A stretch of DNA of 64,000 nt. It comes from Schmidtea nova. Taxonomy: Eukaryota. The stretch spans positions 495,876,001-495,940,000 of the forward strand of contig CM097882.1 of assembly GCA_044892505.1 (NCBI GenBank), given 5' to 3'. The notes beneath the pieces were generated by a model, which worked only from the letters and a program-made list of their open reading frames with translations, did not search any database and was not told where the DNA came from. Made by a program: the position numbers and the translations under genes. The stretch's first letter is position 1. Each line of letters starts with the position of its first letter. Shown here one piece after another: positions 22,372-34,565 of the stretch.

Positions 22372-22420
22372 ATAAACGCGATATATTTCGATTGTATAAC
22401 AATCTTCGTCAGGCAGCAAT
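22372..22420 (-). ncRNA. Minimal type-I hammerhead ribozyme (Penelope/retrozyme type)
   Basis: Minus strand GCTGC-CTGACGA-A-GATTGT-TAT-ACAATC-GAAA-TATA-TC-GCG: catalytic core, 6-bp stem II, self-complementary ATATAT stem III, AUC cleavage triplet at 22382-22380. Stem I is weak (about 3 bp). Confidence 0.62.
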
Positions 22421-22789
22421 CAGGACAATCAATAATAAAATAGAAAATATGCTAAATTTAAACAAATTAATCAATAATAATCATCTCCATACTATATCAA
22501 AATTTTAATTTAAAAATTTAATTTATTTTATTTTATTACATAAAAATTTTTTTAAATTTAATTAAAAACAAACATAGAACAACATACGTATTATTTTAAA
22601 AAATAAAATTTAATTAAATAAAATTTTAACAATCAACATAAAATTTACAAATTTACAAATTTTAAAAAATTAAAATTTTTACAAAAAAAAACAAACATAA
22701 TTATACCACAAACATAATTCGCAACATTCAACCTTCGGTTACTTAAACACATTCAAAATATCAGTGGAACGGGCAACTTGATCATTTAT

Positions 22790-23781
22790 TTTTGGATTAA
22801 AATATCTAATCAACAATTGATAGGAGCTTGGGAAAGAAAACGGGAATAAAAAGGAATGAGAAATGAGGAAGGGAAACAAAAGAAATCAGACAAGGAAAAT
22901 GAAATAGAGGTCAGCACTAATTAATTAGTGCAAACAGGAAGAAATTCTAAAGTTGGGAAAAACAAAAAACAACAACAAGAATTTTATCTCGACAACCAGT
23001 CAGAGATAACGTGGGCAAAAATCAAACAAGCCGGAGCGGCAAAAGGAAACAGAGATTATCTTGACGGCTGTCAGAGATAACTCCGTTGCTGAAAAAATGA
23101 ATGGGAAATTATGTTGGAAAAATTGGAATATCAAGTGATAATAAGTGCCACAAAGGGAAGAGATATAAAAGGAGAAACACAGCAGAAGCGATCAGAAGTT
23201 TAGACAGAAGTTTCAGAGAAATTTAGAGGGAAGTTTTAACAGAATTAGAGAGAGAAGTTTAGAGAGCAGAACATAATAATCAGAACGATTTTGGGAAAAA
23301 CAGAATAGACAGAACGGAAAAACACTGCGACTAATATTGTTAAAGAGAATCAAAGGAAAAGGAAAACCGAGAATCAGAAGACGATATTTATTGGAGAAAA
23401 GTGAAAGGAATAGTGAAGTAATTCAAAGCAGAAGACTGAAAGAGAAGAGTTAAAGAAGAGTTGAAAGCGAATCGGCGTAAACCCAAGTCAAACCCAGAAA
23501 ACAACCAGTCAGATTACCAATCGTTATACCCCTCAGTGGTGAGTGATCGTTCGAGCCAAAATTTTACAAAGTGGTATTCTTCACCTTCGTGTCGTAATAA
23601 GCACCGTATAATCAATTGTTGGTCTGTTGATTTTGGTCAATTCAGTGTTAAAGACAATATTTGTAATATTCAATAAAGTTTCCAATGTTAATTGTTATTG
23701 GGGTCAATTAAAGGCACGCTTTGGAGTCAGATATTTGATTGGTAACTTTTACCATTTCACCAACAACCCCAGAACTCAACA
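22790..23781 (+). repeat. Solo LTR-like repeat, copy 1 of 3
   Basis: TATAAAAGG near 23165, AATAAA near 23673, end CCAACAACCCCAGAACTCAACA; homologous to 24060-25245 and 26084-26966. The start is approximate. Confidence 0.7.
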
Positions 23782-24059
23782 GTATTATTGTTAAAAAGTA
23801 TGTTTTTAGTTATATTAATATTATTATCGCTGGCATTATTAGTATTATTATTGTTATTATCATTATTATTACTATTGATATTATTTTGGAATGATTAATA
23901 TTATTATTTTTGGTATAATTAGTGATAGCGCTATTGTTATTATTATTACCATCATTACTATTATTGTTGGTATTAATATTGGTATTATCGTTATTAGACA
24001 AAAATTGTGATTTTTATAAATTATTATTATTGTAGCAAATTATGACTTATTATTATTAC

Positions 24060-25245
24060 CAATATTATTAAATATGATAATAATAATTTAAAAATAGCTA
24101 TTAGAAAAATAAAATTAGGGAAAAATTGGCTAAACATAATACTTAATTCGAGAACGAATTTCTTTAATGGGGGAGATATGTTAAGGATACTTAAATAATA
24201 AATTAAATATTGGCACAAATAAATGATTAGGGGAAAACGAACAGGATAAATGATGTGATATTTAGAAAAACGAAAAATGAGGTTTGAAGAACAAAACATG
24301 AGAAAGGAGATGACAGTAAAACAAAGGAAATCGAACAATTAACGAAGTAAGGTCATTCCTAATCAAAAAGTACAAAAAGGCAAAAGGAATTTCGAAAACA
24401 AGGAGAAAATTATACAGTGGATTTCGGTTAATTGGGACACCGTATAATTAGGACAACTGTCTTATTGGGACATTTTCTTAAGTCCCGAAACAAATATGCA
24501 GTATAAATTCTTATAAATTTGCTATAAGATGCACATTTTGTATATTTGGGACACCTGTATATTTGGGACAAATTTTCCTGTCCCGTTGTGTCCCAATTAA
24601 CCGGAATCCACTGTATCTTGACAGTCTGTTAAAGATATCTGAATGATAGGAGAAAATTCGGAATAACAAAAAAAGCAGGACATATCTAAACAGTTGTCAG
24701 AGATAAGATGAGAGAAATAAATTTGTTTTAAGTATCACACAATTTAACGCGCAATAAAAGCAAAAGTCAGTGCAGTTGAATCAAAAGAAAAATTCGAGTG
24801 GGACTACAAATTTGTGTAATGAAGTGTTGTCGCAAGAATTTGTGAGAGAAAACTTATTGAGAAATTTATTGTGAAACGTATCGAGAGAAACTTATTGTGA
24901 AATTGATCGAGAGAAATTTATTGAGAAAAATTTGTTGAGTCGAATTTCAAGTCAAAGCAAACAAAGCAATTAGTTGGTTACCCACTGTTGAATCAAAATC
25001 AGTAGCTAGTGGTTGTTAGATGGATATTATACATGAGTGCTATTTTTCACATAAGTATCGTAATAAGAACTTTATAATTGTCTCATATTGTTGATTGATG
25101 GGACTAGTTTAATATTGAAACTAGTTGTGATATCAATAAAGATTCCTGTTGTAATTGTTATTTTATTGATTAATAAAGCACGCATTTGGAGTCAGAAATT
25201 TGATTGGTAACTTTTAAATTTTACCAACAACCCAATAACCCAACA
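24060..25245 (+). repeat. Solo LTR-like repeat, copy 2 (contains MITE)
   Basis: Shares AGGTCATTCCTAAT, AGTAGCTAGTG, GTCGTAATAA, TCAATAAAG.TTCC, TTTGGAGTCAGA.ATTTGATTGGTAACTTTTA and CCAACAACCCAATAACC with the other copies. Confidence 0.7.
24415..24613. mobile_element. Tc1/mariner-superfamily (pogo/Tigger-like) MITE, 199 bp
   Basis: 26-bp TIR CAGTGGATT(T/C)CGGTTAATTGGGACAC with one mismatch; TA duplication; internal GGGACA repeats. Confidence 0.93.
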
Positions 25246-25922
25246 AATACATTTAACAGTTAATTTCTATACACTCATTTCAGAATTTAACTCGTAGTCG
25301 ATAAATTAGATTACTTCGTTAGCCGCCTCGGTTTATGATTTAGAAATACTATTAAACTTCGGCTGATAAATTCTTCCTTCGGCAGATTCTTCGTACGATC
25401 GTACTGGGACATATCTATTATTGTACTCGGTATATTCTGGCACACATAGCGTCGGCGCGCATGTGCTTGGGAACTCTTTTGATGATCAGGGATAAAACTT
25501 CTTATCATTGGGCAAGAAAACTCCAATGTTCTGACGTTATTTTCATTCAAAATCTCTAGGATAAAAGTAGCCCGAATTTAATTGAATCTACATTCCTTAA
25601 TAATAGTTAAGATAGAAACATTGATAATGATAACAATAATAATTATATTAATATAGTACTAATATCAATCATTTTTTCAGTATTTAATTAAATTGACGTA
25701 GTTGAACAAAAGTTTATAGAACGTTTTTTCATTTCATTTATTTTGTTTTAAAAATAAATTTTATTTTTACTAAATCTTTATACTTTTCATTAATTTTAAC
25801 TAACCTAATTTATATTAGTTTTTAACTTTTGATTTTTTCTCATTTAAGCTATTAAAATTAAAATAATTAATTATAAAATTCTTTGAATTTTTCTGAATTT
25901 CCTTATTTTTAATGTATTTTGT

Positions 25923-25954
<32 letters not shown>

Positions 25955-26083
25955 CGTGTTTCTTCGTGTTTTCTTCTTGCTTCTTTTTCAAGTTAATTCT
26001 TATATTTGTTTTAAGTATTTAAGTATTATGTTTCTTCATGTTTACTTCTTGCTTCTTTTTTCAAGTTAATTGTTTTAAGTATT

Positions 26084-26966
26084 TGGTTGAGGATACCTAA
26101 ATAATAAATTAAAAATTATCACAAATAAATAAAATGATTGGGGGGAAATGGACAGGGTAGATAGTGTAATGTTTTGAAATTCGGAGGAAAGAAGAGCAAA
26201 AATTGTGAAATGAGAAGATGGCAGCGAAATAAAAGAAATCGAACAAATAGCCGGAAAAGGTCATTCCTAATTTACAAGTGTAAAAAGGGAAAAGGAATTA
26301 CAAAATCTAAAACAAAAACAGGATGAAAGTTCATATCTTGACAGCTTGTCAGAGATATCAGGATTGCAGGAGAAAAAGTCGGAATAACAAAAAAGGGAAG
26401 CATGGCATATCTCGACAACTGTCAGAGAAAAGGCATAAGCTACGGAGAATGCTAGAGGCAAAAATGGAAAAACAAATTTATCTCAAGTATCACAAATTTG
26501 ACGAATTATAAAAGGAAGAAACAATAGTAGACCAGGGAGAAGATAGTGTGAGATTCAAAAAGGAAATCCGCGAAGAAAATTGAAATTTAGAAGAATCAAA
26601 GTGTATTATAAGAAAACGTGAATTAAAGGAAAACTTCAGAAAATTGTAGTGAATTTAGCAAACTAAGAAATTAATTGAATAAGAGTCAAAGTTTATTAAG
26701 CCAATTGGTCTGTTACCCATTGTTAATCTAAATCAGTAGCTAGTGATCGTTAGACGGGAATATTGTACACGAGTGTTATTCCTCACAGAATGTCGTAATA
26801 ATCACTGTATAATTATCTGTCATATCATTGAATTGGTGAAACCAGCTGTGCTATCAATAAAGGTTCCGGTTATTAATTGATATTTTATTGATCAAGTAAA
26901 CACACTTGCAAGAGGCAGAGAATTAATTATTAAATTTTAAGTTTCACCAACAACCCAATAACCAAA
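26084..26966 (+). repeat. Solo LTR-like repeat, copy 3
   Basis: Same conserved blocks as copies 1 and 2. Confidence 0.7.
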
Positions 26967-28365
26967 AAAATTTTCTTGTGTTTTTTGTTTTTGATGTTTG
27001 TTCAAATACTTTAATATAATTCTTGCGCGGTATCTATGTGCTGTTATCGTTTGCTTTAAACAAAATTAGTTGGCTTCAGTTTTTATCCAACAATTTTGTC
27101 TCATCGAAAGTTTTGACATAACCTCTTTAAATCCCATGGAACAAAGACCATGAGTCATAACAAAGAGTATTACGCAGCTTCTATTAGATTCATGACTCAC
27201 CACGATGACTTATTGCTTCAGGGGTAAGTAATTCCATTGTGGGCCAAAGAATATATCTTACTACTAAAGAGCATAAAATAAGCACTGAATTAAAATTTAA
27301 AAGATTTAATAAATATGAATTAACAATGAAATTGAGTATTTCTACGTTATTGGTTTTAAATTTTCGATTATTTAATAAATAAATTTAAATGACTTATTTA
27401 CCTGACAAAAGCCAATAAGCTCTTAATGGGCCTTTATTGAAATTTAGAAAACAAAAAATTTTCTACAGTAAATTTAATATTAGATGTGCAGTACAGATCA
27501 AAAAAATCAATAAAAAGGATTGCCTATAATGAAAGAATTATAATTATACATCAAAACTCATTTAATTAGAATCACCTTGAACTTTTTTAATACTATGTAA
27601 TCGGGACATACATTTTTTTACATTGGTTTTTACAAACAATATTTCAAAAGTTTTTTTGGCTTCATTTTCATTATTTCAAATCTAGAATCATGAAGATTTT
27701 ATGTTTCTTATAAATCTGAGTAAATACTGAAATATTTTACATTTTCGTTATGTATTTGTAGGTGTCAAAGTGGCGGTCTTCAACATTTTACTACTTTTAG
27801 TCAAACTGAAGAATAGAGATAACTAATTATCAAAAATTATTCTCAATAACAAAAACAATTAGTAGATTAAACTTTTAAGTTTTTTGGGATAAATTTTGGT
27901 TTGATGTGAAAAAGTTTCTTTAACTTTTTGCAAGCATTAAAAAATAATATTAATATACAAATGGTCGACTTTAGTCGATTTAAGCGTAAAAGGGTTCAAA
28001 ACAAAATTTTTGTTATGTAATTTTTTAAAATAATAATGTAAATAAATAAAAAGTCTTATCTTTTATGATGAAGCACGCGAATTTCTTGGGTTCTAAGAAT
28101 TTCGACAGGAATCAGAGCTTTACATGGCTCCTCGCATTCATTTATTTAATAAAACAACTCAACAAAATACAAATTTTATTTTCGTTGTAATTGAATTAAA
28201 TCCATAAAAATTAACAATTAATCTCGATACAATTGAAAATTGAGCAAATCTTGACTAAGTTTACTGATGTTTAATTTTCCTTAATGACAAATGATGCTTT
28301 AGTTCTATTCAATCTCGTTTCAATTGAGTTTTTGTTAAGAATGCACTTTTACACTCTGTTGTTTA

Positions 28366-28928
28366 TGTTGGGTTAGCCAAGCTATCTAAACTTGAAGGGA
28401 AATTAGAGAAGTATAATAATAAAATCATAAAATATACCGGAAAATAACCCTCAGATAGCAAGTATTACTACAAATTAATCAATAATAATTAAAAATAAGC
28501 GAGGACCAATTACCATTTTAATTAATTAGGGAACTATCAGGAAATACGAGGAGATTGAGAGAATCTAAAATTAGTAAAATCAGAATTGATAAAATAAAGT
28601 TAAAATAGAAGTACTTTTAATTAATCCATTGAATAGACTTTGACCCATAAAACCGGATATTCGAAATGCCTATCAATTTTTATGATAAATAAATAATAAA
28701 AGTATCATACTCGGAGTGGTTAATCAATTCTTATTGGTTGATCTATGAACCAGATCAGTATAAATACTGAAGGAAAATTCATTAAGACAGACATAGTTGT
28801 AATTTCGCTAGGCTAGCAGTTCATAAATTCTCTAGAATAGGTTATACCAGTGGTCTTCAAAGTGGGTTCCGCAAAAAAAAGATTTTACAAGTATTTTTTA
28901 AGGCTTAAAAAATGCGTATAAAAAATTT

Positions 28929-29022
<94 letters not shown>

Positions 29023-29460
29023 AATATAAGCTTTATAAGCGTTATTTTTGAATTTATATTATGCCTTTGCGAAAAATCATTCTCCGGTTATATTGTTATA
29101 AAAACTAAATACAGAAATAAACTTGATGCTGAAAATGCCATGCGTTTAAGATTAACAACAATTTCTCACAATATTGCCAGTTTATGTAAAGATAGGCATG
29201 CACATCCAAGCCATTAATTAAAAAATTTATTTAAGGTTTTTATATTTATTAATCATTTTATTAAAAAATTAAACTTATATTTTAAGAAAGTTAATTAGGG
29301 TTCCACGAAAAAAAAATTTTGTAAAAGGGTTCCACAAGTATATAAAGTTTGAAGACCACTAAGTTATTTGCGATTCTTAGAAAGATTTGTAGAAGGATAA
29401 GTTTTATTGGATTGCGATATACTGTATTTTATTTGTCGATTATATTTTGTTTTCATTACA
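28366..29460 (+). repeat. Solo LTR-like repeat interrupted by a hAT derivative
   Basis: Starts TGTTGGG, has GTATAAATACTG at about 28758, ends TTACA. Confidence 0.5.
28848..29361 (+). mobile_element. Internally deleted Buster/Charlie-type hAT
   Basis: TIR CAGTGGTCTTCAAA / TTTGAAGACCACTA. Retains the transposase C-terminus CEKSFS...IKTKYRNKLDAENAMRLRLTTISHNIASLCKDRHAHPSH*. (TA)n at 28932-29018; TSD degraded. Confidence 0.85.
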
Positions 29461-29463
29461 TAT

Positions 29464-30150
29464 TGTTGGGGTTGTTAAAATAAATTTAAAATACACAATA
29501 TGAAAATTGGAAAAATAATAATTAAAGTTCAAACATTAATTAAAATTTATAAAATTCAAAAATAAAGATTTAGAGGCTGAAACTAGTATGGGAGGATGCC
29601 TAATGATGAGACGAATTCAAATATTGGTATGTAAAATTAAAAAGGGGCCCCAGAAAGAAATATTAAGAAAATACAAATTAATTAAAATAATTAATTACCT
29701 AATGGGAAACCCAGGCGTCAACAAATCTATTAATTAAAAAATAAACTGACTAATTGAAGAGTGCCCGGGTAAAGAAGCCGCAAACACACTTAGCGGCAAC
29801 TGCCAATTTAATTAATCATTTGACAGTTTAATTAAGGTGTGACAGAACTGAGCGACAAGGTACTATATAAACGGATAGCAATTTGCCGAAATTGCCAGTG
29901 TAGTCGAAGCAAAATTTAAAAACTTGAGTGAGGATCGGAAAGGACGAAAAGGAAGTTTTAACGGTAATTGCAAGTTAGTGTTGATTTATCAATTTTCCCT
30001 GCTTACAAGAAAGGGACATCTTCAATTGGGTCTTCTTCCCTAACGCAAGGAAATTGTAGAGGATATTATACTTTGTAACTGTGTAATTAAAAGTGTGTTT
30101 AACTAATTTGAAAATAAATATTATTGTGTTGAGTTGAAACTCTCAGTAAA
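29464..30150 (+). repeat. LTR-like repeat upstream of gag remnant
   Basis: Starts TGTTGGGG; TATATAAA near 29864; AATAAA near 30114. Confidence 0.55.
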
Positions 30151-30152
30151 TC

Positions 30153-31588
30153 AATATGGAGGTGATCTGGTGGAATTCGTTGACTTTATGACAGACTATA
30201 ATATGTATGCTATGGCATATGGATAGAGCCAAGCGACAATGGTGCAAAGTCTGCCACTGTTTTTAAAAGGAGCAACAAGGGAAGTCTGGCAACAAATAGA
30301 TAAAAGAACAATTGCTAATGACTGGACAAAACTGAAAGATGCCTTAGTCGCAAAGTTAATTGGAGGAAATATATAACGGATAATGTGGCAGTAGTTCTAT
30401 AATCGAGTGCAAAAATCAGACGAATCGGTAAATGAATTTGCGTACGACTTGACAACTCTTGCAGATAAAGCATTCTAAGTAAAACCGAAACAGATTGAAG
30501 TGGCAAAGCAGGTAAAGGAATTGTTACAAGACCAGTTGTTAACTAAAGTCTAAAAGGAGATCAAAAAAGCCTTGTTATGTGGATTTCAATAAGTTTGATG
30601 AATTGATCAAAAAGGCGATGAAAATCGAGTGGAATTTGAAAAGCTCACAGCCAAAATCAGAATCGTTTGCCATCATTAATGAACCCAGAGAAAGATCCAT
30701 AACTCCAGTCAAAAACAATCGGCTTCAGCAATCAATTAGTCCATCACCAACGTTTAGACAAAGGTTTGAGTCGAATAAATCAACAAATGTTCAAATTGAT
30801 GAAAAAGAGAAGCCAATTCAATGCAGCCATTGTCAACGGATAGGACATCATGTCAATCAATGTTGGTTCAAAGATGTATCTCCAAAAAGTCCAACTCCAA
30901 TCCAGTGTGATTATTGTCAAAGTATGGGACATTACAGCAATCAGTGTTGGTCTAAAAATAATGTTCAACGAAGCCCAAAACGAATGTGGCCAGATTGGTT
31001 GAAGGGTAGCGGTGAGAAAAAGTTTTAATAAAATAAATATTAAAGATCAGCGAACTAATGATAATGTGCAATGCTACAATTGTGGAATGAAAGGACATGT
31101 CTCACGGAACTGTTTTGCTAGATCGAGGTCTTCATTGCCATCCCCACAAAGAGATAAAAATGAACTTTCAAAGCCAAATTCAATGCCATTCATGTAGAAG
31201 CTATGAACACATGGCTAGATTATTCCCGAGAAATGTCGACAAATTTCAGAAACCTATATTGAAAAAATCAATTAGATTCCAAAATGATAAAATGCAGATA
31301 GACAATGTGGCTTTTGTTCAATCAGATGATTTCAATGAAAAGATTGAAAATCAATTGAAAGAAATGGGTCGACGTTTGGATCGTCTAATGTCCAAGTTCG
31401 AATCCGATGATGAATTGAATAATCACATGATGTATGGATCGCAGCAAGATATGGCGGAAGCGGAAACGAAAGCTGTAAGTACAAATGACGATCTTGAAAG
31501 TGAAAAAGCTACATTGATGATAAAAAGACTTGAAAAATTACTAGAAGCCAGTGCGGAAGAATCATCTAAAATATTGGTATCGATATAA
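30153..31588 (+). pseudogene. gag: Ty3/Gypsy gag remnant with four zinc knuckles
   Basis: YGGDLVEFVDFMTDYNMYAMAYG*SQATMVQSLPLFLKGATREVWQQ...FYNRVQKSDESVNEFAYDLTTLADKAF (capsid domain, five stops in about 145 codons). Knuckles: CSHCQRIGHHVNQC, CDYCQSMGHYSNQC, CYNCGMKGHVSRNC and a degenerate CHSCRSYEHMARL. Confidence 0.88.
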
Positions 31589-34010
31589 AAACTGAAGTCT
31601 AATGTCGTTGAGTATGAGGAAATTGAAAGGCAGGATTAATTTTTGTGCTAATTATTATCAAATAAATGTAACAAAGAGATGAAATTAAAGAATTTATGAG
31701 AAAATTTGAAAAATATTTTCAGGAAAATAAATGGTTAGATTTTATTTTTATTTATGTTGTTAATAAAAGTGATAAAAATGTGATTACGTGTCGCTGAGAA
31801 GCCTATGATAGCGTAAAAGATTTAAAAAGGGAGACTAAGAGAGAAATGTAAAGGATGGGTGGTCGAATTAAAATTTAAAAATAGAGATTTAGAAAATTAT
31901 GGTTATTTAATAGACTGTGGTTTCATACCAGGAAATAAAAATGAATTACAAATAGCCAGTATGATGAGTAACTGTGAAATGATAAAAAGTGATTCGATGG
32001 AAATAGTAAGGGGGCTATCTGAAGTTTATATATTGGTGACGAAAACGAAATTAATGAAATAGAAAAATTAATTGAGGAATCTGAATTTTGGCAAAAAGAA
32101 AATTTATTTGAGGATTTCCACAATTTTCAATAGTAATATCTCTAAATTAATAACATAAATTTTACTGTTAATCCGTAATTCGATAAGTCGCTATTACATC
32201 TGACAAAAGCGGAAATTCATGCAAGAAATGTCATAGAAATTCGCAACCCCCTATTTACAAAACTCACCTGAACTATCGGCTAAAAATCCAGAATCCCCAA
32301 TGGTTTTACTTTGTACCAAATCATGCATGCCCACCTCACCGGTAATTTTAAAAGTTCTTATCAATTGTAGTCATTATGTAGTTGTTTCGATGTACAATAA
32401 ATTTTACCCAGTCGGATAATGTAATCTCCAGGATTTACGATAACAAACCTCAACTCAGATCAAAGTGTAAAAATTAGATTTAAAACGATATAAAACTTCA
32501 AACGGTATGCTGGCGTAGGATGAAATACCTACCAAAGTAATGCCAAAATAATTATACTGAATGAATATAAAAGAAAAAGGTAGTCATAAAATTTGATACA
32601 TTATAAATGAAAAATTGGAAAATTGAGAACTCGATTGAAAGAATTTAACTAAAAAACAAAATTTATTTTTCCAAGAATTATATGAACTAGTATTTATTTT
32701 CCGAAAATATCTGAGAACAAAATTTTTCTTAAATTAAAAATTTTATCGGGAATTAATTTTATAAAAACTCTTAAATAAATGTAAAATATTACCATAAAAT
32801 TACTTGGGAATTAAAAATACCAGCTAAAAAAATCTCTTGAATAAATATAAAATATTACCAGGAAATTGTTTGTGAAATAAAAATACCAACTCAAGAAATT
32901 TAATAAAATCAAAAGGCATCTTGATCAAATAAAATCAGATATAATAGTCATAGATTAATGTTTCTTCGGAAATCCACGAGAACACTCCCCGAGAATGGGG
33001 GTTCAATTCGAAAGAATGCGAGATTCCCTCATAAATTTTTGATAATGATTCCATTCATGAGGATCAACAAGAAAAGTCAAATTGTTGATTTCTTTTCTTT
33101 TTCTTTGCTAAGGCTTGAGTTCCGTTTTTTGAGTTGATGGCAACTTTGCTGAGCCATGAATGATCCGGGTGATGCTAGGAGTGATTATGAGAGATTAAAC
33201 AGTAAAAAAAGAAAAATAAGATCTTACGTTTTTGTCCAATTTGAAGATGGAAATCTCCGTTACTAAAAATATAATAATGAATCAATAAATTTCATTATGT
33301 AATAAAGCATACTATAATGAATTCAACCAATAGGGATTGATTATTTTTTGCTCCCCAGTTATATAGTTATGCTTCTCGTTGGGGGAACGCCGATATTTCT
33401 GGATGAAACTAACCCGAGACGGTGTTTCCTAGTGTAACATTCTGGTTGAAACCTAAAGTAAAATTTAAATCTCCTAAATTCAGATAAATTTTTTTTAACT
33501 TGAAAAAGAAATATATTATGAGAAAAAATTGACGTCGTTACCGTCGCTAATGTCTCGGCGATGATTTAAATTCATTGCATAAAATTTTGATAAAATCTTA
33601 AAATAAATTTGAAAATAACAAGATAGACATTAGGTATAAGGGATAAGTGAAATTTTAGTTAAATTTACCAACACAAAAATATACAAATTTTAAAAAATCT
33701 TGAAAATAATAAAAATTTAGCTAAAATCAACAGACATCGTATACCCAAATATATGTGATAATCAAAGATTTTTCGATCCCCGAATTGAGTTTGTGATGAT
33801 GTTTGAGTATAAGCTTACAACTAAAATGACTGCGAAAACTCCTGTGTTTTGAGATAATATTGTGTATAATAGTTGTTTGTGAAAAATCAATAAATTTTCA
33901 CCGATAAAATTATTTCATCTTACTAATTTTAAACTGAATATTTAAAATTAAATTATAGTGCTAAATGATGGCTTAAATGTGCTTTGAATGTGTGATTTTA
34001 GATTTCAGAA

Positions 34011-34565
34011 ATGAACCTTGACCAAAAATTTGAAGAGATGCACCGGTTGATTTTGGAAAATGCCCGACATAATCGCCGGGTGGATCAGTGCTTCGCCGAG
34101 CTGGAAAAGGCAAAAGCATCCAATTCCGACGCTTTGCAAATCATGACCTCCAGGATGGAGAAATTTCGAGCGCGGTGCGGAGATATGGAGTCGACCTGGT
34201 CCGACAAGGAGACCGTCGACAGATTAAAGAAGCAGAACCAGATGCTTCTACAACAGGCTGCAGAGGACGCGAAGCGATTACGCGCATGCCGTGTTACGAT
34301 GCGAGAGCAGGAGCTCTTGATCGAAAAATTGAGGGTGGATAGTGACATCATCGCTGCCATCTTGCCGAAATCATCGTTCCCACCCCAAGAGCTGTTCCCA
34401 GTAAGGGTCGAAGAAGAGATCCTGACACCTCCGGTGCCAGCGAAATTGACACGGCAGAAACCCAACAAAGGAGTGAGGGCTCGACGAAGACGTCGCCAAG
34501 AAGCGCGATTGCTGGGGCAAATACGCAAAGAGTCCTCAGAAGTTATAGACATTACGTTATTGTGA
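34011..34565 (+). CDS. Orphan 184-aa coiled-coil protein with Arg-rich C-terminal tail
   Basis: Uninterrupted and markedly more GC-rich than its flanks. ATG is preceded by TTTTAGATTTCAG-AA (splice acceptor); tail KPNKGVRARRRRRQEAR. Confidence 0.7.
   Translation: MNLDQKFEEMHRLILENARHNRRVDQCFAELEKAKASNSDALQIMTSRMEKFRARCGDMESTWSDKETVDRLKKQNQMLLQQAAEDAKRLRACRVTMREQELLIEKLRVDSDIIAAILPKSSFPPQELFPVRVEEEILTPPVPAKLTRQKPNKGVRARRRRRQEARLLGQIRKESSEVIDITLL

Noticed and set aside
21374-22419. ORFs spanning N runs (also 41318-41624)
   Set aside because: Artefacts of translating assembly gaps.
23810-24338. Asn/Ile-rich ORFs (also 17583-17904 and the YIYIYI part of 28912-29217)
   Set aside because: Translations of (TAA)n or (TA)n microsatellites.
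9608-34565. Homology of the orphan ORFs to hepatitis B core or delta antigen
   Set aside because: Only length and an Arg-rich segment are similar; I see no residue-level motif match, so this is an analogy, not evidence.
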